From: Lachnospiraceae bacterium
GTDB taxonomy: Bacteria > Bacillota > Clostridia > Lachnospirales > Lachnospiraceae
Assembly (NCBI GenBank): GCA_021771755.1
Contig: JAETOL010000014.1
Span: forward strand, 4,751-68,750
Direction of reading: 5' to 3'
Length of the DNA: 64,000 bases
A program made the position numbers and the translations under genes. Position 1 is the first letter of the stretch. Every line of letters starts with the position of its first letter. This document shows positions 9,916 to 18,453 of this stretch, one piece after another. Under the pieces are notes generated by a model, which was not told where the DNA came from, did not search any database, and was given only the letters and a program-made list of their open reading frames with translations.

Positions 9916-10215
9916 TTATTTGTTAATGGTCATTGCAAGCGCAGTCTCCGTATCCTCTGTCGGAGAAGCGATGATGGTGTGACTGACGATCTTTCCAAGA
10001 GGTTTCGCTGTCTCAAGGGCCACCTCCATAGCAGCATTCACATCAGAAACAGAACCTCTTATTTTTACACAGGCACCACTTTTCAGACGGTTACGCTCCA
10101 CACTCTGGATTTTTACATTTGCTGCCTTGGATGCAGCGTCAAGAGCTACAAAGCAGGCAACCAGATTATCCAGTTCAAATACACCGACTGCCATGCCGTT
10201 ATAATTTTCAGTCAT
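9916..10215 (-). CDS. BMC-H type microcompartment shell protein (single BMC domain), paralog 2
   Basis: MAVGVFELDNLVACFVALDAASKAANV...SGACVKIRGSVSDVNAAMEVA aligns to PduA/EutM. ATG 10215 is preceded by GGGAGG; the GTG at 10227 lies inside that RBS. Confidence 0.85.
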   Translation of the reverse strand: MTENYNGMAVGVFELDNLVACFVALDAASKAANVKIQSVERNRLKSGACVKIRGSVSDVNAAMEVALETAKPLGKIVSHTIIASPTEDTETALAMTINK

Positions 10216-10268
10216 AATACCTCCCACTTTTCTTACCAGAAAATTTGTCTATTGTTGTATTTACTACC

Positions 10269-10297
10269 AGTATACCTGTTTTTTGCTAAAAACACAA
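10269..10297 (-). promoter_or_regulatory. Candidate promoter of the two-gene BMC operon
   Basis: On the minus strand: TTGTGT - 17 nt - TATACT, about 55 nt upstream of ATG 10215. Confidence 0.35.
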
Positions 10298-10463
10298 GTA
10301 AAATCAACAAAAAAAAAAGAAACATCATGTGGTTTTTATTTGTTTTTTCTTGTGGACTGGTGTGGTTATTTTTTTGTATAAATTACAAAGCTTTTTTCAG
10401 GATTCTTGTTTTTTCATTTATATGGTATATAATAAAAAGAGAGTTTAGCAGAGGTGTGAATAT

Positions 10464-11837
10464 ATGAACGTACATCAGACGGACTTTTCCAGAGGAAATG
10501 TATACCGAAACATTCTGGAGGTAGCTGTACCCATGACGCTGGCACAGCTTCTGAACCTCCTTTATAATATCGTAGACCGAATCTATATCGGACGGATTCC
10601 CCAGGCAGGTACAACAGCCCTGACCGGTGTAGGCATCTGTTTTCCCGTGATCACACTGATCACAGCATTTACCTATCTTTTCGGCAACGGAGGCAGTCCT
10701 CTCTGTTCCATGGAACGGGGACGGGGAAACAGCCGCGAGGCAGAGCGGCTTATGGGTAATACTTTTTCCATGCTCCTCCTTACCGGGATTGTTTTGATGC
10801 TTCTTGGATATCTTTTTTACCGCCCGGTTCTCTATGCTTTTGGTGCAAGTGACATTACCTACCCTTATGCAAGAGACTATATCCGCATTTATCTCCTTGG
10901 CACTCTTTTTGTGATGATCACTCTGGGAATGAATCCCTTTATCAACAGCCAGGGATTTGGAAACATGGGAATGCTGACCATCCTGATCGGAGCAGTCCTG
11001 AATATCATTCTGGATCCCCTGTTTATCTTTGTATTCCATATGGGCGTAAAGGGAGCAGCCACCGCAACCGTTCTGTCTCAGATGTGTTCTGCTCTCTGGG
11101 TTCTTAAATTCCTTACCGGAAAAAAGGCTGTCCTGCACCTGAAAAAAGAGGCCATGAAATTAAAATGGAGCCGTGTAAAAAGCATTATGTCTCTTGGAGT
11201 CTCCGGTTTTATGATGGCCTTTACCAACAGTCTGGTACAGATTTTCTGCAACGCTACCCTGCAGACCTGGGGAGGGGATCTTTATGTAGGAATCATGACC
11301 GTGCTGAATTCCATCCGTGAGATCACGACCACTCCCGTTAACGGACTTACAGGCGGCGCTTCACCGGTTATGAGCTTTAATTACGGAGAAAAAGCCTATT
11401 TCCGGGTAAAAAAAGCAATCGGTTTTGTCACCCTGCTCTGTGTTTCCTATACGTTTGCCATATGGGGAATCCTGAAATTATTCCCAGAATTTTTTATCCG
11501 GATTTTCAACAGTGAACCGGATCTGATCGCCAAAGGCACCCCTGCTCTTCATATCTACTTTTTTGGTTTTTGCTTTATGGCTTTACAGTTTGCCGGTCAA
11601 AGTGTATTCGTAGCTCTTGGAAAAGCCAGATATGCTACCTTTTTCTCTATTTTCCGCAAGGTAATCATTGTGGTCCCCCTTACCGTACTGCTGCCCCATA
11701 TTGGAAATCTGGGCGTAGACGGCGTATTCTGGGCGGAACCTGTCTCCAATCTGATCGGAGGCTGTGCCTGCTTTCTGACCATGCTGCTGACCGTTCTTCC
11801 GGAACTGAATCAGAAAAGCAGATCCAGGGCAGACTGA
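10464..11837 (+). CDS. MATE family efflux transporter
   Basis: 12-TM profile and MATE N-terminal signature (ILEVAVPMTLAQLLNLLYNIVDRIYIG). An extended -10 element TGGTATATAAT lies about 35 nt upstream. Confidence 0.85.
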   Translation: MNVHQTDFSRGNVYRNILEVAVPMTLAQLLNLLYNIVDRIYIGRIPQAGTTALTGVGICFPVITLITAFTYLFGNGGSPLCSMERGRGNSREAERLMGNTFSMLLLTGIVLMLLGYLFYRPVLYAFGASDITYPYARDYIRIYLLGTLFVMITLGMNPFINSQGFGNMGMLTILIGAVLNIILDPLFIFVFHMGVKGAATATVLSQMCSALWVLKFLTGKKAVLHLKKEAMKLKWSRVKSIMSLGVSGFMMAFTNSLVQIFCNATLQTWGGDLYVGIMTVLNSIREITTTPVNGLTGGASPVMSFNYGEKAYFRVKKAIGFVTLLCVSYTFAIWGILKLFPEFFIRIFNSEPDLIAKGTPALHIYFFGFCFMALQFAGQSVFVALGKARYATFFSIFRKVIIVVPLTVLLPHIGNLGVDGVFWAEPVSNLIGGCACFLTMLLTVLPELNQKSRSRAD

Positions 11838-11857
11838 CCCACATTAAAAAGAAGAGC

Positions 11858-13207
11858 CTACAGAGGCTGATCCACGTCTGTAAGCTCTTTTTCATTTTCA
11901 ATTTCGTATAAAACCACATCCTCCGGATGGGCATTCAGTACTCTTTTTCCACCCTTGTCCCCGGTAAGCGCCAGCAGGCTCCTGTAATATTTACGACTGA
12001 AAATACAGGGATTTCCCGGCTCACCATTTCTGGAAACGGATGCCATTCCTTTCTCACTTCCCAGAAAGCTGCAGATCAGTCCCTCCAGAGTATCCGCGCT
12101 TAACCAGGGCTGGTCCGCCACCATAAACAGGCAGGCGTCAGCCTCCGGAAGAAGTCCGAGCTTCATAGAGGAAGAAATCCCCTCTTCGGGATGAGGATTT
12201 AATACGGTTTTTATGCCGAGCTTCTCTGCCTCTTCCACAATCTCCGGATACTGGGTAACCACCACAACCGAAGAAATCTGATCCTGCATCTTTTTCCGAG
12301 CCAGAAGCGCCTTATGGAACGCCCTCTGATACATGGGGACCCCTTCAACAGGATACAGAAGCTTGTTTTTTCCGAATCTGCGGCTGTTTCCTGCCGCAAG
12401 GATCACGATTGCCAGTTTCTCCTGTGCCCTGTACTTTAAGCTTCCGCTGACAGCAGAAACCTTTTGTTTTTTCAATTCCTGAATAATCCTGTCTGCTGCT
12501 TTTGGATCCTCCAAAACATCTGCCTTATTCAAAAACACTCGAAATTCCCGGTTTTCCACATTTTTACGAAGTCCGGAAGAAGCAGCTGCGATACTTGCCA
12601 CATCCGCTTCTGTCACTTTTTCCCAAATATCCTTTCCAAGAAATTCTGACATGAATTCCGGTCTGTGGCATGTATCTGCAATCCTTTTCCCCAGACAGTC
12701 CAGACCCGTCACTCCAACAACCAGATCTGTCATTTCCGGAATCACAGGCTCCCACTCTGCAGGAAACTTTAAAGGCAGACGCTTTGCACCGTCTGCCTCA
12801 ATCAGAAGCATATCACACTCTTTTTGAAGCTCCGGAAGCCTTTCTTCAGGAAGTCCCTGTATCTTGCAACAAGAAGCTTCTTCCCCTTCCCTTCCGGTTC
12901 TGACGCCAACAGGACCCGCGTCTGCATTTTTCGTGTTTCTTCCATACCTCTGTTCTACAAAGGATCCCGCTACTGTATATCCTTCTTTTGCGAGATCTTC
13001 CCTGATCTTTTCCAGCTTTCCGTCTCTGGCAAAGGGCCGTTCCGGTTCATAAGCCATATGAGTAGTGGTAGTAACAATCACCTTTTTTCCAAGTGCGACC
13101 AGTTCCTCTGTCAGTCGGAAGATCAGGCTTGTTTTGCCTCCTCCTCCGACAACAGAGATTACCTTATTCTTTTTTATGTCAATATCCAGAAGCTCCAGGA
13201 TACTCAT
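11858..13207 (-). CDS. Fusion protein: YqeC-like selenium-dependent hydroxylase accessory domain + MocA/YgfJ-like molybdenum cofactor nucleotidyltransferase domain
   Basis: The N-terminal half carries the YqeC P-loop (VISVVGGGGKTSLIF ... VTTTTHM). The C-terminal half is MobA/MocA-like (LAIVILAAGNSRRFGKNKLL ... ADQP). ATG 13207 is preceded by GGAGG; the alternative ATG is at 13219. Confidence 0.8.
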   Translation of the reverse strand: MSILELLDIDIKKNKVISVVGGGGKTSLIFRLTEELVALGKKVIVTTTTHMAYEPERPFARDGKLEKIREDLAKEGYTVAGSFVEQRYGRNTKNADAGPVGVRTGREGEEASCCKIQGLPEERLPELQKECDMLLIEADGAKRLPLKFPAEWEPVIPEMTDLVVGVTGLDCLGKRIADTCHRPEFMSEFLGKDIWEKVTEADVASIAAASSGLRKNVENREFRVFLNKADVLEDPKAADRIIQELKKQKVSAVSGSLKYRAQEKLAIVILAAGNSRRFGKNKLLYPVEGVPMYQRAFHKALLARKKMQDQISSVVVVTQYPEIVEEAEKLGIKTVLNPHPEEGISSSMKLGLLPEADACLFMVADQPWLSADTLEGLICSFLGSEKGMASVSRNGEPGNPCIFSRKYYRSLLALTGDKGGKRVLNAHPEDVVLYEIENEKELTDVDQPL

Positions 13208-13233
13208 TTCTGCCTCCATACATCAGCTATAAT

Positions 13234-14052
13234 TCAGGGAAGAACTCCTTCTGCCAAAAGGATCTCTACTACACTCCCTGCAATACATCTCGCCTTGTCC
13301 GAAATGGTATTGCAGTTCTTTTTTTGTTCTTTTCTGGGGTCAATATCTGCGATCTTCATCCCCTGGAAAACTTCATAGCCTTCCCGGATAATACCGCGCA
13401 GCACCCCGGTCAAAGATGCTGTCACCGGGATTTCCTGTCCTTCTTCTGTCCGGATCACAGCAATTTCCTGACCCTTTTCTACCAGATCACTGATCTTTGT
13501 TTTATTATGGATCACTCCGTCTGCCGGTGAGTGGATCACTCTCTCTTTTCCATAACCACCGATTTCTCCCGGGATTCCTGTATTCGGAATCGCCCATCCT
13601 TCTTCAATGATACGTCCAAGATCGTGACCTCTTTTTGTCTCAATCACATAATCAGCATCCACACCGGCCAGAAATCCCGGTCCAAGGGCAATGGTCAATG
13701 GTGCCATATCCCGGCTGGTACCCATATTTTTTTTGGCAAGAATCCCATCGATCACAGCATCCGGCTTCAGAGCCCGGATCGCAGTTCCCTCTTCATCTAC
13801 CAGAAGAGGAATCTCCCCCTGCTTCCAGATTTCTTCGCACTGTTCCACCTGATCGATACGGTGGCTCAGGACTCCCTCTACAAAGGCTTCTCCGTCATAA
13901 ACAGCTTCACAGAAGGATACTTCTCTGCGGATGGCGCTTGGTTTCCTGCTCTCCAATATAAGAACCCGGTAGCCGCAGCGGAAAAGCCGGTGAATCACTC
14001 CACTGGCAAGATCTCCTCCGCCCCGGACAACCAGTATACTGTTCTGCGGCAT
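13234..14052 (-). CDS. yqeB: YqeB-family selenium-dependent molybdenum hydroxylase maturation protein
   Basis: ILVVRGGGDLASGVIHRLFRCGYRVLILE plus a C-terminal lipoyl-like fold region, characteristic of YqeB (EF2563 family). Confidence 0.85.
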   Translation of the reverse strand: MPQNSILVVRGGGDLASGVIHRLFRCGYRVLILESRKPSAIRREVSFCEAVYDGEAFVEGVLSHRIDQVEQCEEIWKQGEIPLLVDEEGTAIRALKPDAVIDGILAKKNMGTSRDMAPLTIALGPGFLAGVDADYVIETKRGHDLGRIIEEGWAIPNTGIPGEIGGYGKERVIHSPADGVIHNKTKISDLVEKGQEIAVIRTEEGQEIPVTASLTGVLRGIIREGYEVFQGMKIADIDPRKEQKKNCNTISDKARCIAGSVVEILLAEGVLP

Positions 14053-14055
14053 AAC

Positions 14056-14550
14056 TTAAGCTCCCTCGTTTTCTGCCGCATTTTCTTTCATAACTTTTTC
14101 TACGGCATTGACAATATTCTGATAACCGGTGCAGCGGCACAGGTTTCCTGACATATGCTTTTTGATTGCTTCTCTGGTAAGGACTTCTCCTCTTTCCAGA
14201 AGTACGGTAGCCGACATCACAAATCCCGGTGTACAAAATCCGCACTGGATGGCTCCTTCCTCAATAAAGGCCTCCTGAATACGTGTCAGATCTCCGTTTT
14301 TCTCAAGTCCTTCCAGTGTACGGATATTTTTTCCCTCTGCCCATACAGCCAGATAAATACAGGAATCTACGGTCTCACCGTCAATAATAACCGTACAGGC
14401 TCCACATTCTCCAACCTCACAGCCTTTTTTAACAGAAGTAAGGCCCAGACGGTTTCTCAGCATATCAAGAAGGGATTCTCTCGGATCTACATATTCCGCT
14501 ACTTCTTTTCCATTTACAATACATTTTACCAGTACTTTATCCCTGATCAT
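14056..14550 (-). CDS. xdhC: Xanthine dehydrogenase-family [2Fe-2S] small subunit
   Basis: Two 2Fe-2S motifs (CEVGECGACTV and CGFCTPG...CRCTGY). The start overlaps the xdhB stop (ATGA). Confidence 0.85.
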   Translation of the reverse strand: MIRDKVLVKCIVNGKEVAEYVDPRESLLDMLRNRLGLTSVKKGCEVGECGACTVIIDGETVDSCIYLAVWAEGKNIRTLEGLEKNGDLTRIQEAFIEEGAIQCGFCTPGFVMSATVLLERGEVLTREAIKKHMSGNLCRCTGYQNIVNAVEKVMKENAAENEGA

Positions 14551-15431
14551 TTTCTGTTACCTCCTGCAAGTTCTACGGTACGGATCAGCGCCCTCTTTGC
14601 AATCTCTCCGCCAATCTGAAGACGGAATTCTCTGGAAGCTCTCCAGGAATCTCTCGGGCTGATCTCCTGACGAATACTTTCTTCTATCGTCTGATACAGT
14701 TTTTCATCCACAGGCATTCCCTTTAAGGCAGCTTCTGTTTTTTCACATCGGAAAGGAACCGGAGCCGCTACGCCAAAGGTAATGCGTACATCTTCCAGAA
14801 TATTTTTTTCTGTATCCACCCTGCTTACTACAGAACAGCTCAGGGTAGCGATATCCATGGCTTTACGCATGGAATATTTAATATAATGACCGTGATATCC
14901 CTGGTATTCTTCTGCAGGAATGATCACATGGGTCAGGATCTCTCCCCGTTTCAGATCCACACGGCCCGGTCCCAGATAAAACTCTTTTACCGGAACGGTT
15001 CTTCCTCCGTTTCCATCTTCAATACGAAGAAGGGCGTTCAGAGAAAATACTGTCGGCGCACTGTCTGCACTGACTGCACCATTGCAGATGTTTCCTCCAA
15101 TCGTACCGATATTACGGATCTGAGGACCTCCAACCTGATCTACTGCTTCTCCAAGGACCGGAATACATTCCTGTATGATCGGATCATTTGTAATATGAGA
15201 AAACGTGGTGCCTGCACCGATATAAATATCTCCGTTTTCTTTTTTACTTATACCCTGGATTTCTTTAATATCACGGATACAGACAAGAGAAGTACCCGCC
15301 ATCTTTCCTTCCCGGATTTTGATCAGGACATCACTTCCTCCGGAAATGATCCTGGAATCCGGATGTTCTCTCAGAAGTGCTGCCGCCTCTTCAACAGATT
15401 TTGCATTATAGTAGTTTTCAATATCATACAT
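14547..15431 (-). CDS. xdhB: Xanthine dehydrogenase-family FAD-binding subunit
   Basis: FAD_binding_5 motifs (ISGGSDVL, GTIGGNI) plus the CO-dehydrogenase flavoprotein C-terminal domain. RBS is AAGGGGGAA. Confidence 0.85.
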   Translation of the reverse strand: MYDIENYYNAKSVEEAAALLREHPDSRIISGGSDVLIKIREGKMAGTSLVCIRDIKEIQGISKKENGDIYIGAGTTFSHITNDPIIQECIPVLGEAVDQVGGPQIRNIGTIGGNICNGAVSADSAPTVFSLNALLRIEDGNGGRTVPVKEFYLGPGRVDLKRGEILTHVIIPAEEYQGYHGHYIKYSMRKAMDIATLSCSVVSRVDTEKNILEDVRITFGVAAPVPFRCEKTEAALKGMPVDEKLYQTIEESIRQEISPRDSWRASREFRLQIGGEIAKRALIRTVELAGGNRK

Positions 15432-15447
15432 AAAACAGTTCCCCCTT

Positions 15448-17724
15448 TCAGATCAGTCCGGCTTTTTTGAATCCATCGATCAGCTTCTGAGGTGTGAGAG
15501 GATTCTCATTAAACGCCACGCCTGTTGCATGAAGAACTGCATTTCGGATGGCAGGTGCTCCCGGAATTGCAGGCGGTTCTCCAAGAGCCTTGTTTCCATA
15601 CGGTCCCTCAGGATCGTCAAGCTCCACAAAATCCGCTTTGATATCCGGTGTATCCAGAGCTGTCATAAGTTTATAGTCAAGAAGATTGCCGTTCAACATC
15701 CTTCCTGTTTTTTCATCCAGAACGATCTGTTCACTGACTCCATATCCCATACCCATGGACATACCGCCATGCACCTGCATTTCTGCCAGCTGAGGATTCA
15801 GAAGCTTTCCGCTGTCATGAACATTGATGATACGAAGGATCTTGATCGTTCCCAGTTTCATATCCACTTCCACCTCTGCAAAACAGCAGCCGGATGCAAG
15901 TGTGTTTTTCTTTACCTGGGTAGAAACTTCTGCGGTAAGTACCGAAGAATTGGAAAGGCTGTAGTAAGCCTCCTGTGCAACAGCCTCCAGAGAAATTGCT
16001 TCCTCGTCTCCGGCATAGATCCAGCCGTGATCCATGGAAAGTTCTCTGGTCTCCTGCTCCGGCAGAAGTGTTTTCGCATAAGCAAGGATTTTATCATAAA
16101 GCTGCTCTGCACACTGTTTTACTGCAGTTCCGGTAACAAAGGACTGTCTGGATGCATAGGCACCTGTATCAAATGGTGTCACGTCGGTATCCTGCACAGT
16201 CACAATATGAATGTTTTCTACATCCATGTGGAGAGTCTCTGCAGCCATCTGGGAAAATACCGTATCTGCTCCCTGACCGATCTCTGTAGCACCAATCTGC
16301 ATCTGTACACTTCCGTCCTGATTCATGGACAGACGACAGCCGGCGATCTCCAGAGAAATAGGCCATACACCTGTCTTGTAAGAAAAGACAGAAACACCGA
16401 CGCCTCTTCGGATATCTCCGGTCTGATCGGCATATTCTTTGCGTTTTTCATCCCAGTGTATATATTCAGCGCCCTTTTCCAGACACTCAAAAATACCATT
16501 TGTATTCGCAGCAATCGGTTTCAGATAAGCGTCCTCATAATATCCCTGGATCAGATTCTTTTTACGGAATTCCAGTGGATCCATATGGATTTCCTTTGCA
16601 ATATCATCCATAAAGCACTCAATGGCAAACGCGGCCTGCGGGATTCCGTAAGCACGCATAGCACCTGCTGTCGGGCTGTTTGTATAAATGGTGTATGCTT
16701 CGCCTCTGACATTCGGACAGGCATACTGCAGTCTCCATGCAGTTAATCCGTTCGCTGCAATGGCATGACCGTGGGAAGCATAAGCGCCCTGATTCGAGTA
16801 TGCATTCATCTCTTTTGCCATAAGACGGCCTTCTTTATCGACTCCTGCAACCAGATCATATTCGATGGAATGTCGGGTTCTGGTATTTCGGAAGGTCTCT
16901 TCTCTGGAAATATCCAGTTTCACCGGACGGCCTCCCACCTGCATCGTCAGAAAAGCGTTCAGAGGCTCATACAGCACATCCTGCTTGTTTCCGAAACCTC
17001 CGCCGATATAAGGTTTGATCACTCTTACCTTGCCCCAGGGAATCCCCAGTGCCTGACCGATCACACGTCTTACAATATGAGGAATCTGCGTGGAAGTAAC
17101 TACCACAACCCTTCCCTTTTCCATATAGGCAAAGGAAATCGGGTTTTCAATATGACAATGTTGAACGATCGGAGTCTTATAGCTTCTTTTTACAACTGTC
17201 TCCGATTCCTCCAGCCCTTTATCCACATCCCCGATAAAAAAGTTGGACCGTGCCAGCACGTTATCTTTTTTATCAAAGTGAATGGGAGGATTGCTTCCAT
17301 ACATGGATTTTCTCGGGTGGATCTCCACCGGATATTCTTCATACTCTACCTTGATCAGCTTCAGCGCACGGGATGCTGTCACTTCGTCCTCTGCCACTAC
17401 TGCAGCAATGTCATCACCATAATAACGAACCCGTCCTGTCAGGATATTTCTGTCTGCCACGTCCTGATGGGCAGGCTCTACAGACCACGGGTGTCCCGGT
17501 GTGGGATAGCAGTGATCCGGTACATCCTGGAAGGTAACCACCTTTACCACACCCGGAAGCGCTTCCGCTTCACTGGTATCAATGGATGTAACAATTCCAT
17601 TTCCAATGGTAGAATGAAGAACCTTGGCGACCAGACACCGGTCAGGAATCAAATCATCTGTGAACTTTGCCCTTCCTGTAACTTTTTCGTAAGCATCTAC
17701 TCTTGGAATACTCTTTCCAACCAT
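15448..17724 (-). CDS. xdhA: Xanthine dehydrogenase-family molybdopterin-binding large subunit
   Basis: IGGGFGNKQ, the catalytic-Glu region ALGEPPAIPGAPAIRNA, and the a/b hammerhead N-terminus (VTGRAKFTDD). ATG 17724 follows GAAGGTGA; the ORF-track start 17766 was rejected. Confidence 0.85.
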   Translation of the reverse strand: MVGKSIPRVDAYEKVTGRAKFTDDLIPDRCLVAKVLHSTIGNGIVTSIDTSEAEALPGVVKVVTFQDVPDHCYPTPGHPWSVEPAHQDVADRNILTGRVRYYGDDIAAVVAEDEVTASRALKLIKVEYEEYPVEIHPRKSMYGSNPPIHFDKKDNVLARSNFFIGDVDKGLEESETVVKRSYKTPIVQHCHIENPISFAYMEKGRVVVVTSTQIPHIVRRVIGQALGIPWGKVRVIKPYIGGGFGNKQDVLYEPLNAFLTMQVGGRPVKLDISREETFRNTRTRHSIEYDLVAGVDKEGRLMAKEMNAYSNQGAYASHGHAIAANGLTAWRLQYACPNVRGEAYTIYTNSPTAGAMRAYGIPQAAFAIECFMDDIAKEIHMDPLEFRKKNLIQGYYEDAYLKPIAANTNGIFECLEKGAEYIHWDEKRKEYADQTGDIRRGVGVSVFSYKTGVWPISLEIAGCRLSMNQDGSVQMQIGATEIGQGADTVFSQMAAETLHMDVENIHIVTVQDTDVTPFDTGAYASRQSFVTGTAVKQCAEQLYDKILAYAKTLLPEQETRELSMDHGWIYAGDEEAISLEAVAQEAYYSLSNSSVLTAEVSTQVKKNTLASGCCFAEVEVDMKLGTIKILRIINVHDSGKLLNPQLAEMQVHGGMSMGMGYGVSEQIVLDEKTGRMLNGNLLDYKLMTALDTPDIKADFVELDDPEGPYGNKALGEPPAIPGAPAIRNAVLHATGVAFNENPLTPQKLIDGFKKAGLI

Positions 17725-17789
17725 CTCTTCACCTTCTTTTCTTTTTTTCTGCATGGATCCTGACAAGCCATCTGAGTACAGCTTTTCTC

Positions 17790-17947
17790 CATTTGGATAT
17801 AGAAAAAGCCGGACTACATCCCAGGAGTTTGTGTTCCCCTCAGGACGATTGTCCGGCTCCGAACCATGCTACTTTCTTATAATGTGCCTCCTGAGTTTCT
17901 GTGAAAACATCAGGAACATTCGCTTTTATTTATTTTAACATATTATA
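17790..17947 (-). promoter_or_regulatory. Structured leader, possibly with an internal promoter, upstream of xdhA (candidate attenuator or riboswitch)
   Basis: On the minus strand there is a TATAAT (plus 17942..17947), then a long hairpin AAUGU-UCCUGA...UCAGGA-GGC-ACAUU. This is followed by GGAGCCGGAC...GUCCGGCUUUUU, a terminator-like stem plus U-run enclosing mutually complementary UCCUGAGGGG/CUCCUGGG segments. Confidence 0.35.
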
Positions 17948-17985
17948 AGAAATATTTCCATTGATTTTTGTGAATTTTTATTAAT

Positions 17986-18450
17986 TTATTTTGAAATAAT
18001 TCCTCTGGTATCTGCAATCACATTCCGCGGGCATTTTACTGCGCAGTTTCCGCAGGCAAGGCAAAGCTCGTCATTGATCAGCGCCACATTATCTGTGACT
18101 GCGACCGCATCTGCCGGACAGTTCTTTGCACAGATTCCACAGCCGATACAGCTGACATCACAGGCCTTTCTCGCTGCAGCCCCCTTATCCTTATTAGAAC
18201 ATTTTACAAGGAACGGGTTATCTGTAAGATGGATGTGAATAATATCCTGAGGACATGCTTTTACGCAAAGGCCGCAGCCGATGCACTTGCTTTCGTCAAT
18301 TTCAGCCACTCCATATGCATTATAGAAAATGGCGTCCTTTCTGCAGGCCTCCATACAGGAGGAACAGCTCATACAGCCATAGGAACAGCTCTGGCAGCGT
18401 TCCCCGCCGTTACATGCAACATAAGCCGTCTTTTTTGGAAATCTTGCCAT
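17986..18450 (-). CDS. Poly-ferredoxin (multiple 4Fe-4S cluster motifs, RnfB C-terminus-like)
   Basis: Three canonical CxxCxxCxxxCP motifs (CIGCGLCVKACP, CIGCGICAKNCP, CLACGNCAVKCP) plus an N-terminal Cys-rich stretch. The start lies 3 nt after the xdhD stop. Confidence 0.8.
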   Translation of the reverse strand: MARFPKKTAYVACNGGERCQSCSYGCMSCSSCMEACRKDAIFYNAYGVAEIDESKCIGCGLCVKACPQDIIHIHLTDNPFLVKCSNKDKGAAARKACDVSCIGCGICAKNCPADAVAVTDNVALINDELCLACGNCAVKCPRNVIADTRGIISK

Positions 18451-18453
18451 GGA

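Noticed and set aside
10327-10467. 46-aa Phe/Leu-rich small ORF whose stop overlaps the MATE start (ATGA)
   Set aside because: It has no RBS, and the predicted MATE promoter (TGGTATATAAT) lies inside it. The T-rich intergenic DNA explains the hydrophobic translation.
17870-17930. Plus-strand UAUAAU...GUUUCUG stretch reminiscent of a purine riboswitch core
   Set aside because: It is on the wrong strand, since no plus-strand gene lies downstream. It also lacks the P2/P3 hairpins and the conserved CCGUAAA/GACUAUG elements.
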